Shown here one piece after another: positions 1 through 9,153 of a stretch of 40,208 bases of DNA (positions are counted from its first letter, which is position 1; the number at the start of each line of letters is the position of its first letter). The stretch is from a virus (Duplodnaviria; Heunggongvirae; Uroviricota; Caudoviricetes), in the IMG/VR virus record IMGVR_UViG_2671180254_000014. One strand, given 5' to 3'. The notes under the pieces were generated by a model. The model saw only the letters and a list, made by a program, of their open reading frames with translations, was not told the origin of the DNA and made no database searches. A program made the position numbers and the translations under genes.

Positions 1-267
1 ATGAGGGTATCCAGACAAGCATCGAATAATTTGTTTGTTCGAGAGGGGTGTGACTGGTCTGCTAAAGCGGTATATGCAGCCCTTGAAAACAAAGGCACAG
101 ACCTCCCTGAACTGGAAAGGGAGTTAGGATTAAAAAGCGGATCAATGCGCAATGTGTTTTACCGCCAGTGCCGTAAATACGAAGCCGCCATCGCCGAAAA
201 AATAGGGGTTGAACCTGCTGTAATCTGGCCCAGCAGATACCAGGTGGACGCCAGAGAAGTGGCTTGA
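1..267 (+). CDS. ner: Ner-like DNA-binding regulator (Mu Ner/Nlp family)
   Basis: 88-aa ORF ending ...EPAVIWPSRYQ, matching the Mu Ner C-terminus; directly upstream of the transposase as in Mu; starts at window base 1 so the upstream limit is untested. Confidence 0.75.
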   Translation: MRVSRQASNNLFVREGCDWSAKAVYAALENKGTDLPELERELGLKSGSMRNVFYRQCRKYEAAIAEKIGVEPAVIWPSRYQVDAREVA

Positions 268-277
268 TGGGGGATGT

Positions 278-2368
278 ATGTGGGTAACAGCAAAAGAATG
301 TGTTGGTCTTCCTGATTTACCAATGATGGAACATAACATTCGCCATCGACTCACAAAAGCAGCTGCGGGAAATGCAGCCATGTTACGCAAACGTAAGGGG
401 ACAAAAGCAATCGAATTTAATATCGATTGTTTGCCTTCTGGCGCGCAACAAGTATTGCGTGAACGTTATGCCCTTCAACTGATGACGCAAAAAGCTGATG
501 AATCACCGGCTCCGGTGGTGACAAAGGCCAGACGCTCATCTGCCGTGGTTGATGCGGTGGAGGCATATCGCGGATCACCACAACTGATGCTCGAACGCCT
601 CAATGCCCTGACTGAAAACCAGCGCCAGGTGGCTGATGCACGAATCGCGATCGTCAGCGAAGTTCTGAAAGTCGCGCAACAACCTGGTTTCAGCTGTGCG
701 AAGGCTATCCGGTTTATCGTTGACAACCTGGCACGTTCGCAACTGGACGAGCGCATTGTGGCAATGGTTGAGACGGCGAACGCCAAAAAGGGAAACAGCC
801 GTGCGTTGAGTGAAATCACGCTGAAACGCTGGATTGCGGCCTTTAACAAGGCACAGAACGCCGCTGAACGCCTGCTTTTACTGGCACCGGGTAAACGCCA
901 GGAAATAAAAGCCGAAGATATTAACTGGCTGCCCGAATTTCTGGCGCAGTATCGCCAGTCAAACGGCCGACCAATGACCGAGGCTTACGAGGATTTTGTT
1001 GCTGAATGGCAGCACCGGCACGCTGATGAGCCTTATATGCTCGATATCATGCCCTCTTATGACACCATTCGCCGCGCAATGAAGAAACTGCCGGAAGTGG
1101 TGAAACAAAAAGGCCGGGTAACTGGCAGTGAATACCGTCAGCTTGAGGGATTCACGCGCCGCGACTGGTCCAGAATGCCGGTGAATTATGTCTGGATTGG
1201 TGACGGTCACGGCATGAAGCTGAAATGCGCGCACCCGGTTCACGGGCGGCCATTCGCACCGGAAGTGACCTTTGTTATCGACGGTGGCACGCGCTTTGTG
1301 GTGGGCTGGAGCCTTGACCTGGCTGAAAATGTTTTCGCCGTAGCCGGTGCCATACAGCACGGTATTCGCCATCATGGCAAACCGTTTCTGTATTACTCGG
1401 ATAATGGCTCCGGGGAAACCGCCGACGTCCTGGATAAGGAGATTGTGGGGATACTGCCACGACTGGGGATTAATCACCCGACAGGGATTGCCGGTAATCC
1501 GCAGGGACGGGGCATTATCGAACGGCTTAACCGCACATTACCGATGCGCATAGCCCGTAAATACCGCACCTATTTCGGGAAAGGAGCAGATCGCGAGACG
1601 TTACGTAAAACCAACCGCGATTTACGCTCGGCATTCAGTGCCCTGCAACAGGGCAAACGGCTGAACGCCCGGCAGCAGTCAGCGATGCGTGATTTACCGT
1701 CCTGGTCTGAACTGATTGATGCCATTCGTGACGGTGTTGAGTGGTACAACAACCGGCCGCACGATGAATTACCCATGAAGCCGAACGGTAAACATTACAG
1801 CCCGGCGGAGTTCAGAAAAAAACGCCTGGCGGAAGAGGACACGGAAATTGAATGGCTGTCCGATGTTGAACTGCGGGATATGTTCCGGCCGATGGTGGAG
1901 CGCCCTGTAAGACGCTGTGAAATACGCTGGCTGAATAATATTTACTACGCGCCCGAGCTGCGTGACGAGCATGGCCGTAAGGTACTTATCAGCTATGACA
2001 TTCATGATGCCGAACGAATTACCGTGCGCCGCCCGGATGGCAGCGTGATTTGCGAGGCGGTATGGGACGGCAATAAACGCGAAGCCTTCCCTGTCAGCGC
2101 GGAATACTACAAACAGCAGCAGCGCCTTAAAGGCATGCGTAAACGCGCAGAGGAAAAAATCCGTGATGCCGAGGATGAGGTTGTCAACGTGCTGGAGCAC
2201 AAGCCGCAGGAGCCCTGGCTGGAAAACATATACCGCCCTGTGGGTAATACGGTGACCGTTCAGCAACCGGTCGCTGACGATGAACCTGATGAAGAATACG
2301 AGCGTAATTTCCAGCGGGGATTGCAACTGCTCGAAGCGAAATTAAAAGAAAGTGATCCGCTGGCCTGA
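278..2368 (+). CDS. A: Mu-type DDE transposase (MuA-like)
   Basis: 696-aa ORF, acidic-residue-rich central core region (YVWIGDGHG..., YYSDNGSGE...) typical of MuA-type transposases; position after ner. Confidence 0.9.
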   Translation: MWVTAKECVGLPDLPMMEHNIRHRLTKAAAGNAAMLRKRKGTKAIEFNIDCLPSGAQQVLRERYALQLMTQKADESPAPVVTKARRSSAVVDAVEAYRGSPQLMLERLNALTENQRQVADARIAIVSEVLKVAQQPGFSCAKAIRFIVDNLARSQLDERIVAMVETANAKKGNSRALSEITLKRWIAAFNKAQNAAERLLLLAPGKRQEIKAEDINWLPEFLAQYRQSNGRPMTEAYEDFVAEWQHRHADEPYMLDIMPSYDTIRRAMKKLPEVVKQKGRVTGSEYRQLEGFTRRDWSRMPVNYVWIGDGHGMKLKCAHPVHGRPFAPEVTFVIDGGTRFVVGWSLDLAENVFAVAGAIQHGIRHHGKPFLYYSDNGSGETADVLDKEIVGILPRLGINHPTGIAGNPQGRGIIERLNRTLPMRIARKYRTYFGKGADRETLRKTNRDLRSAFSALQQGKRLNARQQSAMRDLPSWSELIDAIRDGVEWYNNRPHDELPMKPNGKHYSPAEFRKKRLAEEDTEIEWLSDVELRDMFRPMVERPVRRCEIRWLNNIYYAPELRDEHGRKVLISYDIHDAERITVRRPDGSVICEAVWDGNKREAFPVSAEYYKQQQRLKGMRKRAEEKIRDAEDEVVNVLEHKPQEPWLENIYRPVGNTVTVQQPVADDEPDEEYERNFQRGLQLLEAKLKESDPLA

Positions 2369-2441
2369 AATAAAAAAATAACCCGAGGGGTGACTCAGGT
2401 TATTTGAGGTTTCAGTCTCGGAGAATGCTGTCTCAAGCGAG

Positions 2442-3383
2442 GTGAATAATATGACCGATATTAACGATGTAATCAAGACCATTGATGAACTTATTGATGG
2501 CGGCGTACTGACGCAGTATGCCATCGCCAGAGAGGCGGGAATTTCCGACGGCACATTATCGGCTTTCCGTAAGGGAAAATATAAAGGCGATAACGCTGCT
2601 GTGGCTGCTTCCCTGCGCTCCTGGTATGAGAACTGGAATAAACAAAGCGCACTGCCGGAACCGCCGCAGTTTGTGGAAACTCAGACAGTCCAGGAGCTGC
2701 GCGCACTGTTTCAGGCGGTTCGCCTGATGGGCTGTATTAACGTTATTGTGGGCGTACCGGGTGTGGGTAAAACGGCCACTGCCCGTAATTACTGCCAGGA
2801 GCAACCAAACACCTGGATGATCACCCTGTCACCCGCGCACTCCAGCGTCACGGAGTGTCTGCTGGAGCTGGCCGATGCGCTGGGGATTGATTACACCCGC
2901 GCGAACAAAGGGGCATTATCCCGCGCCATCCGCCGTCGCCTGACGGGAACGCGTGGACTGGTGATTGTGGATGAGGCGGATCATCTTGGTATTGACGGTC
3001 TGGAGCAACTCCGGGCAATTCAGGACGCCACGGGGATCGGGATGGTGCTTATTGGTAACCCGCGCGGATTGTTTAAAGGTGGACGCCGCGCCTTTGATGA
3101 TTTATCGCGCCTGTTCAGCCGTCTTGCCCGTACAAAACAACTTCGCAAGGCCAAAAAGGCGGATGTGCTGGCCATTGCCAGGGCATGGGGTATCAGTGGT
3201 GAGGCCGAGCTGGCCGTCATGCAGGCTATCGCTGAAAAGCCGGGAGCATTACGTGTTCTGACACATACGCTTAACCAGGCGTGGCTCACCGCCAGCGGTG
3301 AAGGCGCGGCGCTGACAGAAAAACATATTAATGCGGCCTTTAAAGAGGTTTATACCAACCCTGAATTACTCTCACAGGTGTGA
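2442..3383 (+). CDS. B: Mu B-like transposition ATPase
   Basis: 313-aa ORF with Walker A GVPGVGKT and Walker B-like VIVDEAD; follows transposase. Confidence 0.9.
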   Translation: MNNMTDINDVIKTIDELIDGGVLTQYAIAREAGISDGTLSAFRKGKYKGDNAAVAASLRSWYENWNKQSALPEPPQFVETQTVQELRALFQAVRLMGCINVIVGVPGVGKTATARNYCQEQPNTWMITLSPAHSSVTECLLELADALGIDYTRANKGALSRAIRRRLTGTRGLVIVDEADHLGIDGLEQLRAIQDATGIGMVLIGNPRGLFKGGRRAFDDLSRLFSRLARTKQLRKAKKADVLAIARAWGISGEAELAVMQAIAEKPGALRVLTHTLNQAWLTASGEGAALTEKHINAAFKEVYTNPELLSQV

Positions 3384-3607
3384 TTATGGCGGTATTTAAT
3401 ATTCCTGATATTTACGGACGCTTTTACCTGGTTAATTTCGATAACGTGAAGGTGATTTCACTGGCCGAAAATAAAGCATGTGGCGATTTACTTTTTGAAT
3501 TTAATGACCGCACACGAATGGTGATATCTGCCGGACTTGATCGCGAAGGTGCGACAGAAGTTTACAGCGGAATATGCCGTTCTGTTGGTGCGAAACAAGT
3601 CAGCTAA
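3380..3607 (+). CDS. hypothetical early protein
   Basis: 75-aa ORF overlapping B stop (GTG 3380 or ATG 3386); same strand. Confidence 0.45.
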   Translation: MIMAVFNIPDIYGRFYLVNFDNVKVISLAENKACGDLLFEFNDRTRMVISAGLDREGATEVYSGICRSVGAKQVS

Positions 3608-3874
3608 ATGAGGTGTTATATGAATATGCAATCCTGCGGTAACAAAATGAATTTATTCGACTCCCTGAACAGCGCGCGCCGTCTGACCGAACTTGCCGGT
3701 GCGGTACTGGAACGCAGTAAGCGCTATCCGCAACGTTTTGCACTGAAAACCACGCCGCCGGTAGGCAACGTGCAGGGAACCGGTGAAATTGAAATCACCA
3801 TACAGACCAACGGCCTGCGCCGCCGTGTGAAGGCCACCCGCATCAGCGGCTGCACGGTTTACTGGGAGGTGTGA
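3608..3874 (+). CDS. hypothetical early protein
   Basis: 88-aa ORF, tightly packed; alternative ATG at 3620. Confidence 0.45.
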   Translation: MRCYMNMQSCGNKMNLFDSLNSARRLTELAGAVLERSKRYPQRFALKTTPPVGNVQGTGEIEITIQTNGLRRRVKATRISGCTVYWEV

Positions 3875-3875
3875 G

Positions 3876-4157
3876 GTGAAAAAAAATCTCATTGCATGGG
3901 CGTGGTCGAGTGGTCTTATTGAGTTTGGTTACGTCCTGCCGGAAGGTGCATTGCCGATAGTTGCCGGAAAGCCCGCCACGGTACGGCATGTGATTGATGT
4001 TGTGGCGCGTCATGGACGCGATGAACAGGAACAGCTACTGGTTCCTGGAATACCGGAAGCGGTGACGGAAGAAGAAGCCTTTAATGCCATGGTTCAGTTC
4101 TGCCGTGAGGTCAGACGCCGGGTCAGTTATCCAAACAGAACGAGGGCCAGAGGATGA
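3876..4157 (+). CDS. hypothetical early protein
   Basis: 93-aa ORF starting 2 nt after previous stop. Confidence 0.5.
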   Translation: MKKNLIAWAWSSGLIEFGYVLPEGALPIVAGKPATVRHVIDVVARHGRDEQEQLLVPGIPEAVTEEEAFNAMVQFCREVRRRVSYPNRTRARG

Positions 4158-4426
4158 GTAAAGTCGTGCGCATTATTTTCGAATACAAGGAGGACGTTAT
4201 CCGTAAAAACGCTGATGGAACAGTGCACATGGGGGTAAGTCTGGATATACGTTCAACCGGAATAAAGCAGAAAAATGATAGCCCCGCCATGATTTTTGGG
4301 GTGGTTATGCTGGCAGAAAGCAGAAACTTCGCAGAGCTTGTGGCAATGAAAGCCAGTGCATTCATGAAAGACAGGGGCATGGCTTCCGGGGTTATTAACG
4401 GTAATGAATTTAATCAGCAGGGGTAA
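4154..4426 (+). CDS. hypothetical early protein (paralog 1 of tandem pair)
   Basis: 90-aa ORF with ATGA overlap to previous gene; N-terminus MSKVVRIIFEY. Confidence 0.5.
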   Translation: MSKVVRIIFEYKEDVIRKNADGTVHMGVSLDIRSTGIKQKNDSPAMIFGVVMLAESRNFAELVAMKASAFMKDRGMASGVINGNEFNQQG

Positions 4427-4430
4427 TTCC

Positions 4431-4724
4431 ATGAGCAAAGTACGCGTTATTTTTGAATTTGAGCATGTTTCGCATGACGAAAAACCGGCAGGCAATGACA
4501 GTGTTGAAGTGCATGAAAAGATTGGTGTGGATGTAAAAACAGAACGTGATACGGATAACAGGCCGACGTCACTCTGTGACGTTTATGCAAGTATTCTCCA
4601 GTATCACAGTCCTGAAATTATTCAGTTTCTCTCAGCGGAATTTCAGGCATCTGTACAGGCTTTTGGGGCGGATGCCATCATTAAACGCCACCGCGTGCAT
4701 AAAGCATCAGGCACACTGCAATAA
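4431..4724 (+). CDS. hypothetical early protein (paralog 2 of tandem pair)
   Basis: Internal ATG of ORF 4404..4724; N-terminus MSKVRVIFEFE parallels the preceding gene. Confidence 0.5.
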   Translation: MSKVRVIFEFEHVSHDEKPAGNDSVEVHEKIGVDVKTERDTDNRPTSLCDVYASILQYHSPEIIQFLSAEFQASVQAFGADAIIKRHRVHKASGTLQ

Positions 4725-4735
4725 GGAAAAACAAA

Positions 4736-5266
4736 ATGGCTAAACGCGTTACAAAATTAAAGGCCGCAGCCGAGGCAGCACCGCAGACCCGTGAAGAGGT
4801 CAGCCGCGATATCCGACGCTTTGGGGATATGCAGCGTGAGGCACTACGCCTGGAAACGGCGATGAATGACGAAGTGGCAGAAATCACCGCCCGTTATACG
4901 CCGCAGATTGAAAACCTTAAAAAAGAAATCAAAGTGCTTTTTAAGGGGATTCATGACTGGTGTAAAACCAACCGCAATGAGCTGACGAACGGCGGCGAAA
5001 CCAAAACAGCCAATCTGACCACCGGAACGGTGTCATGGCGGCTGGGAACGCCATCATGCAGCGTCAGCCGTGATGTGGAAGGCGTGATTGAAATGCTGCG
5101 CCGTATGGGCCTTGAGCGCTTCATCCGCACGAAAGAGGAAGTGAATAAGCAAGCTGTCCTGGCGGAGCCAGATGCGGTGAAGGGCATTGCCGGTATAAAG
5201 GTGAATAAAGGCGCTGAAAGTTTTTATGTCGAGCCTTTTGAACAGGACGCCGGACTGAATAAATAA
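4736..5266 (+). CDS. gam: Gam-like host-nuclease inhibitor (DNA-end binding)
   Basis: 176-aa ORF; motifs RLETAMNDEVAEIT, TNGGETKTANLTTGTVSWR, ERFIRTKEEVNK, PFEQ match Mu Gam as I recall it. Confidence 0.85.
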   Translation: MAKRVTKLKAAAEAAPQTREEVSRDIRRFGDMQREALRLETAMNDEVAEITARYTPQIENLKKEIKVLFKGIHDWCKTNRNELTNGGETKTANLTTGTVSWRLGTPSCSVSRDVEGVIEMLRRMGLERFIRTKEEVNKQAVLAEPDAVKGIAGIKVNKGAESFYVEPFEQDAGLNK

Positions 5267-5363
5267 CACCGCATTAAATCTTTAAATATCACATCGTGTT
5301 AATTATGGCGCTCGCGTCAGGGGACTGCCTGCGCCTGTAAACTGAAAATAAGGAACAGGAAAT

Positions 5364-5906
5364 ATGGCATATTTTTATTTCAAATTAGACATAGTGTACA
5401 CAAATAAATATTTAACCGAATATCAGCGGGATGTTTTACCGCTACGCAACAGTATTCTTCGGGCATTACTGAAAAATACAGGCGCTGCCGGATTGCGCTT
5501 AAAGCCGTTCGCCATGGACGTAATCAGTGAGTTTTATTTTTCTGGTTCTCTGCCTGCGGGCTGGCGTAAGCGCGATGATGTGGCTTTTATCGGGGACGGA
5601 CCGTGCTTTATTGCCAGACCTGATGAGTCATGCCCTGAAGGTCCGGCGATTGCCGCAATGATTGAAACCGCTGAACGTGAGTTAAGAAAGCGTCCTGATT
5701 TCCTTGTCTGGCTCTGTGAAAAGCTGGGGGTAATGAGAATCCCCTCCATGTTTAACACGGACTCCTGGTGGACCCCGTCGCTCTCCCGTGATGCCCTGTG
5801 CGTGGTGTTTAAAGTAGGCGCTTATGGCAGGGAAATAAAAGGGGGTATTCCTGAAGAATGCCAGGAAATTAAACATTCTGAATATGTGGCGCTGACGGAG
5901 GAATAA
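5364..5906 (+). CDS. hypothetical early protein
   Basis: 180-aa ORF after a 97-bp intergenic gap; AAGGA-type RBS. Confidence 0.5.
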   Translation: MAYFYFKLDIVYTNKYLTEYQRDVLPLRNSILRALLKNTGAAGLRLKPFAMDVISEFYFSGSLPAGWRKRDDVAFIGDGPCFIARPDESCPEGPAIAAMIETAERELRKRPDFLVWLCEKLGVMRIPSMFNTDSWWTPSLSRDALCVVFKVGAYGREIKGGIPEECQEIKHSEYVALTEE

Positions 5907-5909
5907 TTC

Positions 5910-6443
5910 ATGATTGATGCAAAAGTGCTTGAAGGGGTTAAAAGCTGGCTGCGTTTTTCTGGCCGTCTGACCAGTCGTTCTCTGGCAGAAAAAATGAATA
6001 TGCCGCTATCCTCCATGGTTTATTTTCTGCGTGATGCGGTCGATGCCGGGGTGCTGACGGACCGTAACGGTTTTTATGATATTCCGCGTCCCCGCCCGGT
6101 GCAGGCGGTTCGTCGCAAATGCAGCCAGGAAGGTGCGGCTGATGATGTTCAGTGGTGCAGCTTCAGAAAATCCCTGCCGTGGATTGAGGGGCATGATATT
6201 CCGTCGATGGCGTGGGAATTTGCTCAGGGAGTACTGACCTGCGAAACCGTTTATGTGGTGGCTGAAGTTGATGAGCAGGCCATGAAAGAAGGCGTGCCCC
6301 AGTTTGTGATGGCGTATATCGACATTCGCCTGGGCGTCATTATCTGCGGCTTAAGCGGCTGGAACATCACCGGGCGCGTTCTGCGTTACCTGATTATTGA
6401 CCGGACAGCGGCATCGGCAGGGATATCTGCGGAGGTGGCGTAA
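5910..6443 (+). CDS. hypothetical early protein
   Basis: 177-aa ORF 3 nt after previous stop. Confidence 0.5.
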   Translation: MIDAKVLEGVKSWLRFSGRLTSRSLAEKMNMPLSSMVYFLRDAVDAGVLTDRNGFYDIPRPRPVQAVRRKCSQEGAADDVQWCSFRKSLPWIEGHDIPSMAWEFAQGVLTCETVYVVAEVDEQAMKEGVPQFVMAYIDIRLGVIICGLSGWNITGRVLRYLIIDRTAASAGISAEVA

Positions 6444-6958
6444 TGTTCTTTAAAACATCAAACCCTTCCGCGCTGGCTGCGTGGCAAAAATACCAGCAGG
6501 ACTGCCAGAAAGTTAAGGATGAGGCAAAACGCCTTGAGGCCGTGCTGAATGTTGCGTGCCGGTCGGTATTTGTATCCGGTATCAGTGGATTTTGCTTTAA
6601 GGGACTGCGTTTTACGGAGGACAAATATCCTTTTCATCGCGACTTATGGCGAAAACCGACTGCGTCGAATGGCTGGAGCTGCACACCGCGCACATCACGT
6701 ATCCCTAAAACCCTGCGTGTTGCCTCTGATGAACTGAACAGTCTGTGGCGTGAATATTCGCCCGTCACGTATGCCAGAACCGATGCGCTGTTGTTCTGGC
6801 TGGGTATTGATTTCTCGGCAATCCTGTTTGGCCCTGTGAAGTGGTTCTGCGTTGACGATGTGATTTACCTTCAGTGCGGCGTAAAACCCGCAAAACAGAA
6901 AATGACCGAAATACTGTCTGATGAGTTTTATGCTGCTGAAAAGCGAGTCAGGGGGTGA
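6443..6958 (+). CDS. hypothetical early protein
   Basis: 171-aa ORF, start overlaps previous stop. Confidence 0.5.
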   Translation: MFFKTSNPSALAAWQKYQQDCQKVKDEAKRLEAVLNVACRSVFVSGISGFCFKGLRFTEDKYPFHRDLWRKPTASNGWSCTPRTSRIPKTLRVASDELNSLWREYSPVTYARTDALLFWLGIDFSAILFGPVKWFCVDDVIYLQCGVKPAKQKMTEILSDEFYAAEKRVRG

Positions 6959-6961
6959 TGC

Positions 6962-7513
6962 ATGATGAAATTACAACCCATGGGACTAAAAGGTCGCGCC
7001 CCCGCTCATGTCCGTCCGTGGACACCTGAAGAAGATGCGCTGCTGATTGCGCTTTATTCATCCACCCCGGTTAAGGATATTGCTGCCAGAATAAAAAGAA
7101 CTGTCTGGGCTGTATATAACCGGACTGGTGTATTGCGCAGTTCATACCCGGAGTTACTGAAATATAAACACCCAAGATTTACACCTGATGAAGATAAGTT
7201 TATTCGAAAAAATGCCAGAACAATGACCTGCCAGCAAATGGGAGAATATCTCGGACGTAATAAAGATTCTGTCAGATGTCGGGCAGGAATGATTGGTGCT
7301 GGATTAACAAAGTGCGGAGAGTTACGCCCCGGCACGCGCATATCTGATGATGATGTACGTCTTATACGTGCGCTGCGTGATTCCGATTACCCACGCCGTC
7401 TGTCATTCCGGGAAATTGGCGAAAAGTTTGGAATATCTGAACATTCTGCTCACGCAGTTTATTACCGTCGCCGGACTGCCGAGGACGCTGTATTACGGGA
7501 GTTAACGCCATGA
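6962..7513 (+). CDS. hypothetical protein with Myb/SANT-like W-x-EED repeats
   Basis: 183-aa ORF; WTPEEDALL and FTPDEDKFI repeats plus a basic C-terminal segment; domain call is by eye. Confidence 0.45.
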   Translation: MMKLQPMGLKGRAPAHVRPWTPEEDALLIALYSSTPVKDIAARIKRTVWAVYNRTGVLRSSYPELLKYKHPRFTPDEDKFIRKNARTMTCQQMGEYLGRNKDSVRCRAGMIGAGLTKCGELRPGTRISDDDVRLIRALRDSDYPRRLSFREIGEKFGISEHSAHAVYYRRRTAEDAVLRELTP

Positions 7514-7842
7514 TAACGACCTTATTTGTTGAATCAGATGAACCTCTTGTGTGTGCCGCCGGAATGCCGCTCTGTGGCGGAACGCTGACCGGCGTTTATT
7601 TCGGGGATTTGCGCGGTTATCCCTGGCATTCACTGGATGACGCATTTCCGCCTGATATGGAGGCTGTCGTGCTGATTGTTCAGTATGGTGACCAACAGGA
7701 ACTGCGCATCGGCCATATGGGGTATGAAGGCTTTTTTATTGATGAAGAAACCGGAGCCTGCCTTGAAGATGAGGACGGACAGGTGACGCACTGGTGCCAT
7801 CTTTCGGCCTTGCCGGAATTACAGGGGATACATAATGGATGA
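7510..7842 (+). CDS. hypothetical acidic early protein
   Basis: 110-aa ORF with ATGA overlap to previous gene. Confidence 0.45.
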   Translation: MITTLFVESDEPLVCAAGMPLCGGTLTGVYFGDLRGYPWHSLDDAFPPDMEAVVLIVQYGDQQELRIGHMGYEGFFIDEETGACLEDEDGQVTHWCHLSALPELQGIHNG

Positions 7843-7978
7843 GCAAATTGTTGAATGTCCCACCTGTGGAAATGAGGACCCGGAGTATCTGAAAGAGTGC
7901 CCACATTGTGGTGAGATAAAATGTAACCACTGCGATATGGGCGACGACACTGCATGTATAAATTGTGAGGATGAATAA
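7835..7978 (+). CDS. small Cys-rich zinc-ribbon-like protein (47 aa)
   Basis: Not in the ORF track (under 60 aa); ATG 7835, TAA 7976-7978; four CxxC pairs (CPTC, CPHC, CNHC, CINC); coupled to flanking genes. Confidence 0.4.
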   Translation: MDEQIVECPTCGNEDPEYLKECPHCGEIKCNHCDMGDDTACINCEDE

Positions 7979-7979
7979 T

Positions 7980-8267
7980 ATGGAAAAAGAAATCAAATTT
8001 GCGCCTAAATCTATCGACGAAGAACTGGCTAAAATCGGCATGCTTGAACGTATGCGGGACATTATCGAATATGCGATAAAAGAAAATCTTGCAGCCAGAG
8101 AAGCCCTTTTGATAATGGAGCGGGAGATTAACCTGATTAAGGATGCTGTATCTCTGGATAATAAAATAGCCCGCGAGGAATACGTTCGCCGCAGGCTCGG
8201 TGTTGATGGTTCAGCAATTCTTACATCTGAACATTATGCAAAAATTTTTAATCTTTTTCAGCGGTAA
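7980..8267 (+). CDS. hypothetical early protein
   Basis: ATG 7980 inside ORF 7965..8267, 1 nt after zinc-ribbon stop; GAGGA RBS. Confidence 0.45.
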   Translation: MEKEIKFAPKSIDEELAKIGMLERMRDIIEYAIKENLAAREALLIMEREINLIKDAVSLDNKIAREEYVRRRLGVDGSAILTSEHYAKIFNLFQR

Positions 8268-8487
8268 TCCCCATACAGGCCCGGAGATTGTCGAAATGCC
8301 AGTCGGTATTAATATATGAGCCATCCTGGATATCTTCTGTATTTTCCGGGGTAGAGTTTTTTTGAGCGAGATTGATAATATGTATTGCCTCCTCACGGGA
8401 AATCAGCCCCTTATCGAACAGGGTTACCATAAGATTTCCAGCCATTGTGAATGCGGCAACATCAAGTGCATTTTTTATATCTGACAT
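8248..8487 (-). CDS. hypothetical protein, reverse-oriented within early operon
   Basis: 79-aa minus-strand ORF with AAGGAAAAA RBS about 9 nt upstream of ATG; no plus-strand ORF covers 8268-8557. Confidence 0.4.
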   Translation of the reverse strand: MSDIKNALDVAAFTMAGNLMVTLFDKGLISREEAIHIINLAQKNSTPENTEDIQDGSYINTDWHFDNLRACMGITAEKD

Positions 8488-8515
8488 AGATTTTTCCTTT
8501 TATGTTAATTGACAT

Positions 8516-8543
8516 GGCGGTGCGGTAACACCGCCCATTTTTT
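8516..8543 (+). terminator. candidate intrinsic terminator (GC stem plus T6)
   Basis: GGCGGTG-cggtaa-CACCGCC hairpin followed by cattttttat; lies between the reverse ORF and gemA. Confidence 0.4.
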
Positions 8544-8557
8544 ATGGAGCCACGATA

Positions 8558-9043
8558 ATGAATCGCGCTTCCCTGATTACCTTAATACATGTCGCAAAAC
8601 GCGATCTACAGCTTGACCATGATACCTATACATCCGCGCTGCTGGCAGCCACCGGCAAATCCAGTTGCCGTGATATGTCACCCGGTGAGTTATCCCGCGT
8701 GCTGGATGTTTTCAAAAAACGCGGTTTTAAAGTGCGTCANNNNNNNNNNNNNNNNNNNNNNNNNNNNNNNNNNNNNNNNNNNNNNNNNNNNNNNNNNNNN
8801 NNNNNNNNNNNNNNNNNNNNNNNNNNNNNNNNNNNNNNNNNNNNNNNNNNNNNNNNNNNNNNNNNNNNNNNNNNNNNNNNNNNNNNNNNNNNNNNNNNNN
8901 NNNNNNNNNNNNNNNNNNNNNNNNNNNNNNNNNNNNNNNNNNNNNNNNNNNNNNNNNNNNNNNNNNNNNNNNNNNNNNNNNNNNNNNNNNNNNNNNNNNN
9001 NNNCAGCCCTGGATATGTCGGAACGTGCAGTGATGAGTTATGA
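8558..9043 (+). CDS. GemA-like protein (Mu gene 16 family), interrupted by N-run
   Basis: N-terminus MNRASLITLIHVAKRDLQLDHDTY... resembles Mu GemA; N-run 8740-9003 hides the middle, and the 3' end could be 9043 or 9083 depending on frame. Confidence 0.5.
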   Translation: MNRASLITLIHVAKRDLQLDHDTYTSALLAATGKSSCRDMSPGELSRVLDVFKKRGFKVRXXXXXXXXXXXXXXXXXXXXXXXXXXXXXXXXXXXXXXXXXXXXXXXXXXXXXXXXXXXXXXXXXXXXXXXXXXXXXXXXXXXXXXXXXSPGYVGTCSDEL

Positions 9044-9153
9044 GCGTGTTTGCAGGCTGTATGAAAAATCATTCCCCCGTTAACCCCAAATCCCGCCACA
9101 GCGCGGGATTTTTATTTTAAACTTGCCCTGTGTAATGATGACCGGAGGCGGGT

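Noticed and set aside
4123-5269. Minus-strand ORFs of 60-85 aa scattered through the early region
   Set aside because: They are antisense to well-supported coupled plus-strand genes and lack RBS support, unlike the 8248..8487 ORF.
8589-9083. Second long ORF across the N-run in gemA (alternate frame)
   Set aside because: Both frames are open only because the N-run has no stops; only one GemA-like gene fits, and the true 3' frame cannot be decided.
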